A stretch of 64,000 nucleotides of DNA from a virus (taxonomy: Duplodnaviria > Heunggongvirae > Uroviricota > Caudoviricetes), in the IMG/VR virus record IMGVR_UViG_3300048577_000420, positions 22,579 through 86,578 of that record; one strand, given 5' to 3'. Below are positions 1-8,698 of this stretch, piece after piece. Below the pieces are notes generated by a model that was given only the letters and a program-made list of their open reading frames with translations, was not told the origin of the DNA and did no database searches. Position numbers and translations under genes: made by a program. The first letter of the stretch is position 1. Each line of letters begins with the position of its first letter.

Positions 1-284
1 AAGGCAAGGATGAGGTCGGCGTCCCAGCCGCCGTCGCCAGCGGCACGGGCGGCGTCGTGGCGGCCCCAGGCGTACGACCAGGCGGCCTTGCGGGCCTCGC
101 GGCCCTTGGCCTCGAACTCCACGGGCTCTGCCACGATCGAGATGGAGGCGGCGGAGTCGTCGAGCCCGAGGAGCAGGCGTGCGACGTGCTCGGCCTGCTC
201 GATGTTCGCGACGCCCGAGACGGACGAGTCGATGACGAAGGTCGGCTCGCCAGTGGCGGCCTGGCAGCGGTAGAGGGTCCTCAT
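1..284 (-). CDS. Hypothetical protein, N-terminal part only; extends beyond the left edge of the window. Reverse translation starts MRTLYRCQAATGEPTFVIDSSVSGVANIEQAEHVARL
   Basis: Reverse-strand ATG at 282-284; the frame stays open to position 1. GC3 is high and composition is protein-like. Start overlaps the stop of the upstream leftward ORF (ATGA coupling). Confidence 0.4.
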   Translation of the reverse strand, partial: MRTLYRCQAATGEPTFVIDSSVSGVANIEQAEHVARLLLGLDDSAASISIVAEPVEFEAKGREARKAAWSYAWGRHDAARAAGDGGWDADLILA

Positions 285-517
285 CACGCGCCGTACTTCA
301 GCGCGCGGACGTGGCGGCGGCGCAGGGTCTCCCGGCGGCCGGCCTGGGTCTCCTTGAAGGTGCTGTGCGGCTTGGGCGTGGGCGTGGTCACGATCTCTCC
401 CGGTGTCGTGAAGGTGGGTTGGTTCCTCATCCCCTGTGCTGGCGCCGAGGCCGGCACGAGGCAGACCTGTGGCTCCGGCTGGAGGGGATGCGTCCTGAAG
501 GACAGAGGCCCCACCAC
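284..517 (-). CDS. Small hypothetical protein. A 48-aa version from the internal Met at 430 (MRNQPTFTTPGEIVTTPTPKPHSTFKETQAGRRETLRRRHVRALKYGA) is more likely than the full 77-aa ORF
   Basis: ORF track. GC3 is high in the C-terminal 48 codons. GGGG precedes the internal ATG. Confidence 0.3.
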   Translation of the reverse strand: MVGPLSFRTHPLQPEPQVCLVPASAPAQGMRNQPTFTTPGEIVTTPTPKPHSTFKETQAGRRETLRRRHVRALKYGA

Positions 518-968
518 CGCGCGGGTGGTGAGGCCTCAGACCCCAGGAAGAGGGGGTGTCCGCTGCCAGCCTTCGACCCGCGGCGGACGCGCGGGCAACG
601 ACCTGGGCTGGTCACCAGGGCCCCGATGCCCCCAGTGGGCGCCGTCGGTGCTCAGCGGCCTGAAGATGGCGTGCTTCAGTCACCCGTCTCTGCGCTGACG
701 GACCCGCGAGGCGGGTACCTATGGCACGTGGTCAGCCCCGCGCGCTGGCGCAGACTCGCACTCGGCGCAGGGCTCCCCGCCGCACGGGGGTGGTGTGGCT
801 TTCAATCCTGGGCAGGCTCCTTTCGTCGTCTGGGGCCCTGACGGACCAGATCCGGCACCGATGGCGCGGGGGGACCACCCTCGGTGCCGGGTCAAGCTCG
901 TCAGGTTGTGCAGGCCCGCCACCCGGAGGCGAGGTCGCGGGTGGCGGGCCTGAAGATCGGGTGCGGGC

Positions 969-1109
969 TCAGCGGACGACGGCGCGGTCCCCCACGCGCT
1001 CCACCGTGTAGCCCTGCTCGGCGTAGGCCGAGGCCGTACGGATGTCGCCGGTCGTGCTGATGTACCGGCCGCCGTACGAGTACACGTTCCACATCTCACC
1101 GCTGGTCAT
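969..1109 (-). CDS. Small 46-aa protein (MTSGEMWNVYSYGGRYISTTGDIRTASAYAEQGYTVERVGDRAVVR), below the ORF-track size cut-off
   Basis: Reverse ATG at 1107-1109 with GGGAGGGG immediately upstream. Clean protein-like composition. An IR motif copy sits 80 bp upstream at 1190. Confidence 0.4.
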   Translation of the reverse strand: MTSGEMWNVYSYGGRYISTTGDIRTASAYAEQGYTVERVGDRAVVR

Positions 1110-1189
1110 GACCCCTCCCGAGGGCGTGTGTTCCGTCCCTGTGCTGCCGACGTCTGGCCGGCGGCACGGTCGTGCGGCTCGCGAGGAGG

Positions 1190-1207
1190 TTCCTGCGAGC
1201 GCAGGAA
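1190..1207. promoter_or_regulatory. IR motif copy: TTCCTGC-GAGC-GCAGGAA (perfect 7-bp arms)
   Basis: Read directly from the sequence. Same motif family as the other 11 or more copies. Confidence 0.6.
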
Positions 1208-1468
1208 GCGCAGCGGCTGGCGCCGTCGGCGCCGCGTCGTGTGCGTTCCTTCCATCCCTAGTGCTGAATCGGAATCACTGGGAATGCACACCAATGGCTC
1301 CAAGATTCAGCGTTTCGGCGCCTGAAGAAGGCGCATTTTCCCCACCCGAGGGCCCGAAGGGGGCCGGCCTGGGCAGAGCTCTGGCTCCAGCTCGTGCGGC
1401 TCGCGCCCGCGCCCGGGCATGGCAAAGGGCCCGACCCCCGGAGGGATCGGGCCCTAGGGCCGGTCGGA

Positions 1469-2554
1469 CTAGGCGCGCGCCCCGAACCGGGCGAGCAGGG
1501 TCGCGCGCCCCGTAGCGGGGGCGACGCTCACGGGCGCGTCGGGCGCGTCCGTGGTGAGCGGGGCGACGCTCGGGACGTACTCCGAGCGGACCACCTGCGG
1601 ACGGGGGGCGAGGCCCTGGGCCGTCGCGCGCTCGCGCTGGGCCGCCTGGGACATCTCGGCGCGCTCCCCGTACAGGGACGCGCGCACGTCCTCGGGGATC
1701 GGCGCGACGGCGTGTGTCGTCTCGCCCGCCCATGGGAAACCGCCCGTCAGGTCACGCGCAGACGGGCGCATGTCGCGCCACGATGCGGCGTAGTCCCGTG
1801 CGTACGCGATCCGGTAGCGCTGGGACGGGGTGAGCCTGTCCGCGCTCATCGTGTGGCGCTCGATGTCCCGCACCCCTCCCAGGGTGCGCGTCTCGTCCTC
1901 CGCCATGATGCACGCGGCCCGATCGGCGACACGGTCCGTCACGTCACGGATGATCCGATCCACGGCGTCCCGGGTGGCGATGGGAGCGCGGCGCGTGTCA
2001 GGCGACACCAGGCCAGCGGCCCGAGCGACAGCGGTCCGGTTCACGCACCCGCGCGTCACGGCCTCCGGCACCGTGAGCCACGCGGACGCGACAACACGCG
2101 TCCCAGCGTCCAGCCCATCGCGCACGTCGTCCCACGACTCCCGGAGGAGGTCAGCGACCGGGCGCGACCCGTAGACACCCGGGCGCCCGTTGACGTCCCA
2201 CAGGGGGTCGCACAGCGCGTCCATCGTGTCCGGGGTGAGCGTGTCCAGGGAGACGAACGATCCCCCGCTGTTGGGACGGCACTCCGGCACGGCGTAGTGA
2301 GCGGGTGCGGACGGAATGCCCGTGACCGCCGTAGCGACCGCGTCCAGCATCGGCGCGGGCACAGCGGCCCATGCGGCCGTGCGCTGTGCCGATGTCTGCG
2401 CCGACAGGATGGCGCACGCGTGCTCCGCTACGGACGGCGTCAGGTCCTCGTCATCGGACAGTCGGTCCGTGACGCTGGCAGGCCGTGCGGCCCCTGGGTC
2501 CTTGTCGAGACCGTGAGCCGTGCGGCCCATCGTCTCGCTAGTGCTAGTGCTCAT
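1469..2554 (-). CDS. Hypothetical protein, 361 aa
   Basis: ORF track. GC3 is very high and composition is protein-like. The overlapping + strand ORF 1394..2647 is R/G-rich junk. Confidence 0.7.
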   Translation of the reverse strand: MSTSTSETMGRTAHGLDKDPGAARPASVTDRLSDDEDLTPSVAEHACAILSAQTSAQRTAAWAAVPAPMLDAVATAVTGIPSAPAHYAVPECRPNSGGSFVSLDTLTPDTMDALCDPLWDVNGRPGVYGSRPVADLLRESWDDVRDGLDAGTRVVASAWLTVPEAVTRGCVNRTAVARAAGLVSPDTRRAPIATRDAVDRIIRDVTDRVADRAACIMAEDETRTLGGVRDIERHTMSADRLTPSQRYRIAYARDYAASWRDMRPSARDLTGGFPWAGETTHAVAPIPEDVRASLYGERAEMSQAAQRERATAQGLAPRPQVVRSEYVPSVAPLTTDAPDAPVSVAPATGRATLLARFGARA

Positions 2555-2639
2555 CGTTCGATCCCTCCCGATCGGACCGGCGACACCATGCCTCCGGCCT
2601 GTTCCTCATTCTGTCTTCTTATCGGTCGGAACACCTTGC

Positions 2640-2720
2640 ACCCTTAGTGCTCATTCCGACTTTGTTACCGAACCGTTATCCACGGTAGTTACCGAATCGT
2701 TACCACTCGTGTCCCCCCCG
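2640..2720. repeat. Low-GC stretch with an 18-bp direct repeat GTTACCGAA(C/T)CGTTA(T/C)C present twice and an embedded GGTAGTTACC near-palindrome, upstream of lsr2
   Basis: Read directly from the sequence at about 2655-2700. Confidence 0.5.
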
Positions 2721-2907
2721 TTACTCGTGCCGTGACGGACCCCCCGCCGGCACCTAACGGCAGGTGGTCTCTCGCGATGGGGGCCGAGCGGATTTTCGAT
2801 AACGGGTCCTGTGCGCGCGCAGCATTGAGCCGCCGAGCGTGTCGATGACGCAGTCATCGAATCCGGCTACTCTCTCCGGGTCGAGACATCCACCCGAGGG
2901 AGAATCA

Positions 2908-3228
2908 GTGGCTACCCGCACGCATGTCGTCGTCACGGACGACATCACCGGCGCCGAGGGCGCGACCACGTACACGTTCCAGGTGGGCAAGGAGGCGTGG
3001 GAGATCGACCTCGCTGACCCGGCCCCGCTCTACGAAGCGCTCCAGCCGTTCATCGCAGCGGGGCGCAAGGTGAGCTCCCGGAGGGCCGGCCGAGTCAGCG
3101 AGCGGAACACGCACGCCGAGAGCTCGCGCATCCGGGCATGGGCCGTCGAGAACGGCTACGAGATCTCCGAGCGCGGGCGAGTTCCCGCGGCAGTGCGCGA
3201 GGCGTACGAGGCCGCCAAGGGGGCGTGA
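2908..3228 (+). CDS. lsr2: Lsr2-like nucleoid-associated xenogeneic silencer, phage-encoded
   Basis: N-terminal dimerisation-like segment VVTDDITGAEG..YTFQVGKEAWEIDL and C-terminal IRAWAVENGYEISERGRVPAAVREAYEAA with the RGR AT-hook motif typical of Lsr2. GTG start at 2908 with GAGGGAG RBS. Confidence 0.8.
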   Translation: MATRTHVVVTDDITGAEGATTYTFQVGKEAWEIDLADPAPLYEALQPFIAAGRKVSSRRAGRVSERNTHAESSRIRAWAVENGYEISERGRVPAAVREAYEAAKGA

Positions 3229-3534
3229 GGGCAGAGCCTTTCGTGGCTCTGACGTGCAGTCATGATGTCGATCCTCTGGGGGGAGTGGGGTCGCTGACTG
3301 CGGCCCCCTGCAGTCTCTGCGCGTTGTCGGGCAGGCATCGACCGTAACCAGCGGCACGAGGTGAACACGCCCGCGGGTCACTCGTCCGGACTATGCGCAG
3401 CGCCCCTCCGAGCCAGTCACGCGACCGTGTACGCGATGTGACAGGGACTTGTGTCCCAGAGATGAGCCCCTCGTCCGGGAACGGACGGGGGGCTCTCTGT
3501 CTTCATGCCAGCGTGTCGCCTCGCGCGACGCAGA

Positions 3535-3552
3535 TTCCTGCGCTAGCAGGTT
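3535..3552. promoter_or_regulatory. IR motif copy TTCCTGC-GCTA-GCAGGTT followed by the extension TCGTCGCGT, upstream of the 3599/sigma operon
   Basis: Read directly from the sequence. Confidence 0.6.
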
Positions 3553-3598
3553 TCGTCGCGTCAGCCGGGCGTGTGCCGGCTCCGGGTGGAATGGAGTC

Positions 3599-3868
3599 AT
3601 GCTCCGGAGCCGACTTCGCCCCCCTCGCGAGCAGGGTCGCGTGCTCGGATGGTGCGAGAGGCACCTGCCGATCGGCCCCACCGGGCTCCAGGTCACGCTG
3701 TCGAAGATCGGGTACGGCGTCTCCCCCGCCGTGCATCGCGTGATTCCGTGGGTCGTTCTCGTGCTGCATTCCCGCACGCTCGACTTCACCATTCCGCTCG
3801 TCCGCATTCCAGGAGCCACGTACGCCGAGCTCTGGTGGGACGACGACGAGGGCTGGGACGAGGCCTGA
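3599..3868 (+). CDS. Hypothetical 89-aa protein, translationally coupled to the sigma factor gene
   Basis: Frame 2 is protein-like with high GC3. The alternative upstream extension of the sigma frame is R-rich junk. Stop overlaps the sigma ATG (TGATG). Confidence 0.45.
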   Translation: MLRSRLRPPREQGRVLGWCERHLPIGPTGLQVTLSKIGYGVSPAVHRVIPWVVLVLHSRTLDFTIPLVRIPGATYAELWWDDDEGWDEA

Positions 3869-4611
3869 TGTACGAGGTCGACGTCGCGGAGCTGAGGGCC
3901 CTGTGGAGCCGCGCCCGCGCCGGGGATCATGCGGCCACGGAGGAGCTCGTCCGGCGGTACCACTGGCTCCCTCAGAAGATCGCCCGGTCCAAGCGGGTTC
4001 CCCCGCACTTCGATCGGGACGACATGGTGTCCTGGGCGAACTCGGGCCTGTTCGATGCGGTTCGCAAGTTCGACCCCGACAGCGGCGACGGCGCGCTGCA
4101 CGAGCACTTCATCGGGTACGCCACGCTCCGGATCAACGGGGCGATCCTCGACGGCATGAAGGCGCCCGGTCAGTCCTGGGCGACCCGCGAGGTGTGGCGC
4201 CGGCTGCGCGCGATGGAGGCCACCGAGGCCCAGGTCTCCCAGGATCTCGGTCGCCCGGCCACCCGGCAGGAGGTCGCCGCGGCCCTGGGGACGACGGTCG
4301 CCGACCTGCCCGTGTTCCAGCAGCAGGTCGGCCTGCAGGTGCCGACCCAGGGCGGCGAGGTCCTGCTCTCGGACTGGCTCCCGGACCACGAGGGCACCGA
4401 GGAGGCCGTCGAGATCTCGGAGATGGTGGACCGCGTCGCGGAGAAGGTCTCCCAGCTGCCGGCCGAGCACCTCGACGTCGTGTCCCGGCTCTTCCTGCGC
4501 GGTGAGGACGTCAAGGACGTCGCCGCCGAGGTCGGGCTGACCATCACCCGCACCCGCCGGCTCCGCGCCGAAGCGCTCCTGCGCCTGCGCGACCTGCTCC
4601 AGCAGGGCTGA
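3868..4611 (+). CDS. Sigma-70 family sigma factor (FliA/WhiG/SigF-like group 3)
   Basis: Region 2 reads FDPDSGDGALHEHFIGYATLRINGAILDGM. Region 4 HTH reads LFLRGEDVKDVAAEVGLTITRTRRLRAEALLRLR. Confidence 0.8.
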   Translation: MYEVDVAELRALWSRARAGDHAATEELVRRYHWLPQKIARSKRVPPHFDRDDMVSWANSGLFDAVRKFDPDSGDGALHEHFIGYATLRINGAILDGMKAPGQSWATREVWRRLRAMEATEAQVSQDLGRPATRQEVAAALGTTVADLPVFQQQVGLQVPTQGGEVLLSDWLPDHEGTEEAVEISEMVDRVAEKVSQLPAEHLDVVSRLFLRGEDVKDVAAEVGLTITRTRRLRAEALLRLRDLLQQG

Positions 4612-4704
4612 GTCGAGTTCCTCCAGCGTGACCGAGGGAGGTGGGGCGATGGCCAAGTGCAAGAGGAAGGGCACCAAGAAGTGACGAACCCGAGGAGGCG
4701 GCCA

Positions 4705-4881
4705 GTGGCCGACGCGACGAAGGGGCTGACCGACGAGGTCGAGCCCGAAGAGGCGGAGCCGGAGCGCGAGCTCGGCACCGCGGTGGAGGAGCCGCTGCTC
4801 CCCTACGAGGTCCGCAAGGACGGGTCCATCGCCCACTTCACCCAGGAGCGGGCTTCCCTGCAGCGAGAGGTGGGTTCATGA
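4705..4881 (+). CDS. Small acidic hypothetical protein
   Basis: GTG at 4705 preceded by GAGGAGG. Overlaps the next ATG (ATGA). Confidence 0.3.
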   Translation: MADATKGLTDEVEPEEAEPERELGTAVEEPLLPYEVRKDGSIAHFTQERASLQREVGS

Positions 4882-5264
4882 CGACCGAGGCCAGCGCCGC
4901 GGTGCTCAACCCCGGCCACATCCGGGTGCTCCCGCACGACACACCGGGCCTCTTCCGGCGCCGGGCCCGGGCGATCGAGGCCGCGGAGGATGCCGCCGAC
5001 GTGGCGGCCGCCCGTGAGGCCCTGTCCGAGGGTGGTGAGCGAGTCACGCTGGAGGAGATCCGGGCCGCGCTCGGCGCCGAGCCGGACCTCACGATCGGCG
5101 TGGACCCGGCGGCGACGCCCGCCGAGCCCACGGAGACCCCGGGCGACGAGCAGCCGTTCAACCCCGAGGCCACGCCGGAGGCGGAGGCGGAGCCGGAGCC
5201 TGACCCCGCGGCCACGCCGGAGGGCAAGCCGGAGGACGCGCCGCCGGCCGCGCCGGAGGACTGA
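4878..5264 (+). CDS. Hypothetical protein with an acidic Pro/Glu-rich C-terminal tail
   Basis: ORF track frame with internal ATG at 4878. ATGA coupling to the upstream ORF. Confidence 0.5.
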   Translation: MTTEASAAVLNPGHIRVLPHDTPGLFRRRARAIEAAEDAADVAAAREALSEGGERVTLEEIRAALGAEPDLTIGVDPAATPAEPTETPGDEQPFNPEATPEAEAEPEPDPAATPEGKPEDAPPAAPED

Positions 5265-5300
5265 CCTGGGAGGTGATCCCGCATCTGGCCGAGGCCCCGA

Positions 5301-5345
5301 GCACAGCGCTCGGGGCCTCGTGTCATCTCCGAAGGGTCAGTCGAT
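5301..5345 (+). terminator. Hairpin CCGAGGCCCCGAGC-acagc-GCTCGGGGCCTCG followed by TGTCATCTCC
   Basis: 13-bp perfect stem read directly from the sequence, at the end of the lsr2-sigma block. Confidence 0.5.
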
Positions 5346-5381
5346 CCAGGGCGTAGACCGGCCACGACGAGGAGACCCCCC

Positions 5382-5750
5382 ATGCCGCCACAGGACGAGA
5401 TCTACACGTTCGCAGGAGAGATCGGCGCCCTGCGGCAGGCGATCGAGAGCCTGACCGGTGCGGTAGGAGAGCTCAAGGCCGACGTCGGCCGCCAGGTGTC
5501 GGACCTCAAGACGGACATGGGCCGGCGCATGGAGGGCTTCGACCTGGCGCTCAAGGAGCTCGTCACCAAGGAGGCGTTCGAGGCCGAGCGCCTGCGGGTG
5601 AACCAGGAGATGGGCCACATCAAGGAGTCGGTCCAGGCCGAGAAGGAGGCCCGTCAGTCCATGTCCACCTTCCAGCGCTGGATCGTCGGGGTGCTCGTCC
5701 CGACCGTGATCGGCCTCGCCGGCCTGGCGATCAACGCCTTCAGCCACTGA
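5382..5750 (+). CDS. XhlA-like coiled-coil membrane protein (lysis-associated)
   Basis: Coiled-coil region followed by a C-terminal TM segment IVGVLVPTVIGLAGLAINAF. Sits immediately upstream of the endolysin. Confidence 0.55.
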   Translation: MPPQDEIYTFAGEIGALRQAIESLTGAVGELKADVGRQVSDLKTDMGRRMEGFDLALKELVTKEAFEAERLRVNQEMGHIKESVQAEKEARQSMSTFQRWIVGVLVPTVIGLAGLAINAFSH

Positions 5751-5808
5751 CCTCGCGCCGCGGTCGATCCCTCCCCGCGTAGGGAACCCCCGACACGAGG
5801 AGGCGGCT

Positions 5809-6912
5809 GTGGCCGCAGACGATCAGCAGTGGCTCACCGGCGCGATCCGCAAGGAGATCGCCAAGCATCACCGCGGGCCCCGCCCGTACCACAACCGCCA
5901 GGACTGCCACGTGGCGGTCTCCGAGGCTCCGAGCCTCTTCGGCTACTTCTCGGGCGCCGACGTGTGCTCGCACGCCTACGTCCGCAAGTCGACGCCGGAG
6001 CAGCTGGCCGCGGGCCTGCCGGCCGACTTCGAGCAGTACCTGCCGATCGACAACTACTCGGCGGCGGACAAGGACGGCAACAACGCCACGTTCTCCGTGG
6101 AGAGCCAGGGCGGTGTCATCGACGCCCAGAACGAGCCCTGGGACGCCGGCCAGCTGCTGCGCCTCGCGATGATCTTCGAGGAGCTCACGCGCATCCGGCC
6201 GTCCATCCAGATGAAGCTCGCGGTGGACTCGCGCGTGGGCGACAGCTCGAACGGCCTGTCGGACCACCGGCTCGGGATCGACCCGTGGCGCGTGCCGGGC
6301 GGCATGTCGTACTCGAACTCGCGGGGCAAGATCTGCCCGGGCGACGCGAAGCACGCGCAGATGCCGCAGATCCTCGCGCTGGCCCAGCAGATCCGTGCCG
6401 GCGAGCACCCGACGGTGACGCCGGCTGACCCGGCTGCGCCCGCGCCCGCTCCCGTCGGCAACGGCGGCGGCGTGAAGAACTGGCTGCAGCAGGGCGACAC
6501 CGGCCCCGAGGTCGAGGACCTCCAGCGCCTGCTCAACGCCCGCGGCGCCGGCCTGGCAGTGGACGGCTCGTTCGGCCCGGCGACCCTGGCGGCCGTCCGG
6601 TCGTTCCAGCACGACGCGGGCCTGGTCATCGATGGGCTCGCCGGCCCGGCGACGATGGCCGCGCTCCACGCCGCCCCGGCTCCGGCTCCGGCGCCCGCAC
6701 CGGTCGGCGTCCTGCGCCGCGGCTCGTCGGGCCCCGAGGTGGAGCGCCTCCAGGCGTTCCTCAACCGGAACTACCCGGCCTACTCGCGGCTCAAGGAGGA
6801 CGGCCTGTTCGGGCCGGCGACCGAGGCCGTCGTCAAGGAGTTCCAGCGCCGCTGCGGCATCGACGTGGACGGCTCCGTGGGCCCGATCACCCGATCGCGC
6901 CTGGGCATCTGA
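5809..6912 (+). CDS. Endolysin: N-acetylmuramoyl-L-alanine amidase (amidase_2/PGRP-like) with two C-terminal PG_binding_1 repeats
   Basis: HVAVSE, SHAYV and CPGD amidase motifs. Two repeats of the form GDTGPEV..LQ..LN..DG.FGP.T..AV..FQ. GTG start with GAGGAGG RBS. Confidence 0.85.
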   Translation: MAADDQQWLTGAIRKEIAKHHRGPRPYHNRQDCHVAVSEAPSLFGYFSGADVCSHAYVRKSTPEQLAAGLPADFEQYLPIDNYSAADKDGNNATFSVESQGGVIDAQNEPWDAGQLLRLAMIFEELTRIRPSIQMKLAVDSRVGDSSNGLSDHRLGIDPWRVPGGMSYSNSRGKICPGDAKHAQMPQILALAQQIRAGEHPTVTPADPAAPAPAPVGNGGGVKNWLQQGDTGPEVEDLQRLLNARGAGLAVDGSFGPATLAAVRSFQHDAGLVIDGLAGPATMAALHAAPAPAPAPAPVGVLRRGSSGPEVERLQAFLNRNYPAYSRLKEDGLFGPATEAVVKEFQRRCGIDVDGSVGPITRSRLGI

Positions 6913-6921
6913 GGAGGAGAC

Positions 6922-7329
6922 ATGGACAGGATCAAGGCCGTGCTCGCGCGGCTCAAGGCCAAGACGGAGTCCACGCGGCGCACCGTCCGCGGCGTGCTGC
7001 AGAACATCGCCGCCGGCCTCGTCGCCGTGGCAGCCCTGGCGGTGCCGGCCACCGCGGACGCCATCAACGCGGTGCTCCACTTCATCCACCTGCCGTACAC
7101 CGTGACGCCCGGCCTCATGACGGCGGCCGGCGTCCTTCTCACGGCGCTCGCGGCCCTGGTCACGAAGGTCCAGAACCTCATCGAGGGCCGCGACAAGGTG
7201 GAGTCGGTCGAGGACCTCAAGGCGGAGATCGACAGGCTCACCAGCGCCCTCGACGAGGTCGAGACCGCTGGACGCCACGTGGCCGACGAGGTCCACGAGT
7301 CCCTGCCCCCGGCGCACCACCAGGTCTAG
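6922..7329 (+). CDS. Holin-like membrane protein
   Basis: Two or three hydrophobic TM segments plus a charged coiled-coil C-terminus. Follows the endolysin. RBS GAGGAGGAGA. Confidence 0.55.
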   Translation: MDRIKAVLARLKAKTESTRRTVRGVLQNIAAGLVAVAALAVPATADAINAVLHFIHLPYTVTPGLMTAAGVLLTALAALVTKVQNLIEGRDKVESVEDLKAEIDRLTSALDEVETAGRHVADEVHESLPPAHHQV

Positions 7330-7337
7330 CCTGTACC

Positions 7338-7385
7338 GCGAAGCCCGGCCCTTCTCCTCCCGAGGGGGCCGGGCTTCGTCGTGTC
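7338..7385 (+). terminator. Hairpin GAAGCCCGGCC-loop-GGCCGGGCTTC
   Basis: 11-bp stem read directly from the sequence, after the holin. Confidence 0.45.
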
Positions 7386-7405
7386 CGGCGTCGATGGATG
7401 AGGGC

Positions 7406-7837
7406 ATGACGGCCCTCGTGAAGCTCAAGGTCGCCCAGGGGCAGACCTGGCGCCACACCTTCCTGCTGACGCGCCCCGACCCCGCGTCGACCACGGAGCA
7501 CCCGCTTCCCCCGATCCCGCTGGAGACGGTGGGCTGCACCGGCGCGATGCAGTGCCGCGCGAAGTACGGCGCCCCCGTGCTCCTGGAGCTGACCACCGCG
7601 AACGGCGGCATCGTCGTGGACCCGACCGTCGATGGCCGCGTGACGATCGTCATGACGGCTGCACAGACCGACGCCCTCGGCGCGACCGAGGACCCGGCGA
7701 AGCCGCGCCGGAGCTTCCACTACGACCTGGAGCTCACCTACCCGTCGGGCGACGTCGTGCGCGTGCTGCAGTCCCCCGAGGGCGACCCGAGCACGATCAG
7801 CCCGAACATCACGCGGAGCACCGGGGTGTCCGCGTGA
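7406..7837 (+). CDS. Hypothetical protein
   Basis: ORF track frame. ATG at 7406 has a GAGGG RBS; the upstream ATG at 7394 is an alternative start. Confidence 0.5.
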   Translation: MTALVKLKVAQGQTWRHTFLLTRPDPASTTEHPLPPIPLETVGCTGAMQCRAKYGAPVLLELTTANGGIVVDPTVDGRVTIVMTAAQTDALGATEDPAKPRRSFHYDLELTYPSGDVVRVLQSPEGDPSTISPNITRSTGVSA

Positions 7838-8139
7838 GCGAGACGGTGCTGGACGTCGAATCCGGAGAGGTGGTCGTCGTCGACCAGCCTCCCGTGATGG
7901 TCGCGGACGAGACGTCTGTCGTCGTCGTCCAGGACCAGGTCGAGTACCCGGCGCCGCTCGACGACCTGCCCGCCGACGTGCCCGTGCTGCTCGTCCAGGG
8001 CCCGAAGGGCGACCCCGGGGAGCCGGGCACCGCGGACTTCGAGAAGGCCCTCGGCGACCACGTCCAGGCGCCCGAACCCCACCCGGCCTACGACGACATG
8101 CTCGACATGACCCTGATCTTCGAGAACGGACTGGTGTGA
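7834..8139 (+). CDS. Hypothetical protein with a short collagen-like G-X-Y run (GPKGDPGEPG)
   Basis: GTG start overlapping the upstream stop (GTGA). Confidence 0.45.
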   Translation: MSETVLDVESGEVVVVDQPPVMVADETSVVVVQDQVEYPAPLDDLPADVPVLLVQGPKGDPGEPGTADFEKALGDHVQAPEPHPAYDDMLDMTLIFENGLV

Positions 8140-8140
8140 C

Positions 8141-8674
8141 ATGAGCTCTCTCGCGACCAACATCGGCAACGCCTTCCTCCGCGTCGCGACGGAGGCCAAG
8201 GCCCTCCGGACGCTGATCAACGGCAACTCGCCGGACCTCTCCGCCCTGCAGACGACCGCGAAGGGCAACCTCGTCGCCGCGATCAACGAGCTCGTGGCGT
8301 CGGTCGGCGGTGCGGGTGCGTCCATCGACGACACCAAGACGACGACGAGCTCGGTGTGGTCGTCGAGCAAGGTCAGCGCGGAGATCGTCTCGCAGGCCTC
8401 GGCCACGATGACGCAGATCCTCGGCGGCGCCCAGGAGGCGTACGACACGCTGAAGGAGATCAAGGACTTCATCGACGCCAGCCAGTCGACGGACGCCGAC
8501 TCGATCTCGCAGATCCTCGCCGCGCTCGCGAACCGCCTGCGCTTCGACGCCGCCCAGACGCTCACCCAGCCCCAGCAGGCCCAGGCGCGCGCGAACATCG
8601 ACGCCGCCTCCGCGAGCGCCGTCGGCAACACGGACGCGGACTTCGTCGCGGTCTTCGAGGCCGGTCTCGTCTGA
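8141..8674 (+). CDS. Hypothetical structural protein (Ala/Ser/Thr-rich, fibre-like)
   Basis: ORF track. Composition typical of fibre or needle proteins. Confidence 0.55.
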   Translation: MSSLATNIGNAFLRVATEAKALRTLINGNSPDLSALQTTAKGNLVAAINELVASVGGAGASIDDTKTTTSSVWSSSKVSAEIVSQASATMTQILGGAQEAYDTLKEIKDFIDASQSTDADSISQILAALANRLRFDAAQTLTQPQQAQARANIDAASASAVGNTDADFVAVFEAGLV

Positions 8675-8698
8675 TCCTCGGAGGTGAGGGAGTAGGGC

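Noticed and set aside
760-800. tRNA-like T-loop resemblance (GGCTTTCAATCC)
   Set aside because: The flanking bases cannot form a T-stem or acceptor stem. No cloverleaf could be built.
1394-2647. A + strand 417-aa ORF overlapping the 1469-2554 - strand ORF
   Set aside because: The + frame translation is Arg/Gly-rich junk. The - frame has very high GC3 and balanced composition.
3571-3867. Upstream extension of the sigma factor frame (ORF track start at 3571)
   Set aside because: The translated extension is R/H/P-rich junk. The overlapping frame-2 ORF 3599-3868 is protein-like, and the ATG at 3868 gives a sigma factor of normal length.
5740-7653. A 637-aa - strand ORF, and similar long - strand ORFs at 17089-19167, 20900-23833, 24554-25690, 29166-31241, 50223-53234 and 53235-54995
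   Set aside because: All are antisense to coupled + strand operons with recognisable products. Their translations are R/G/A/P-dominated.
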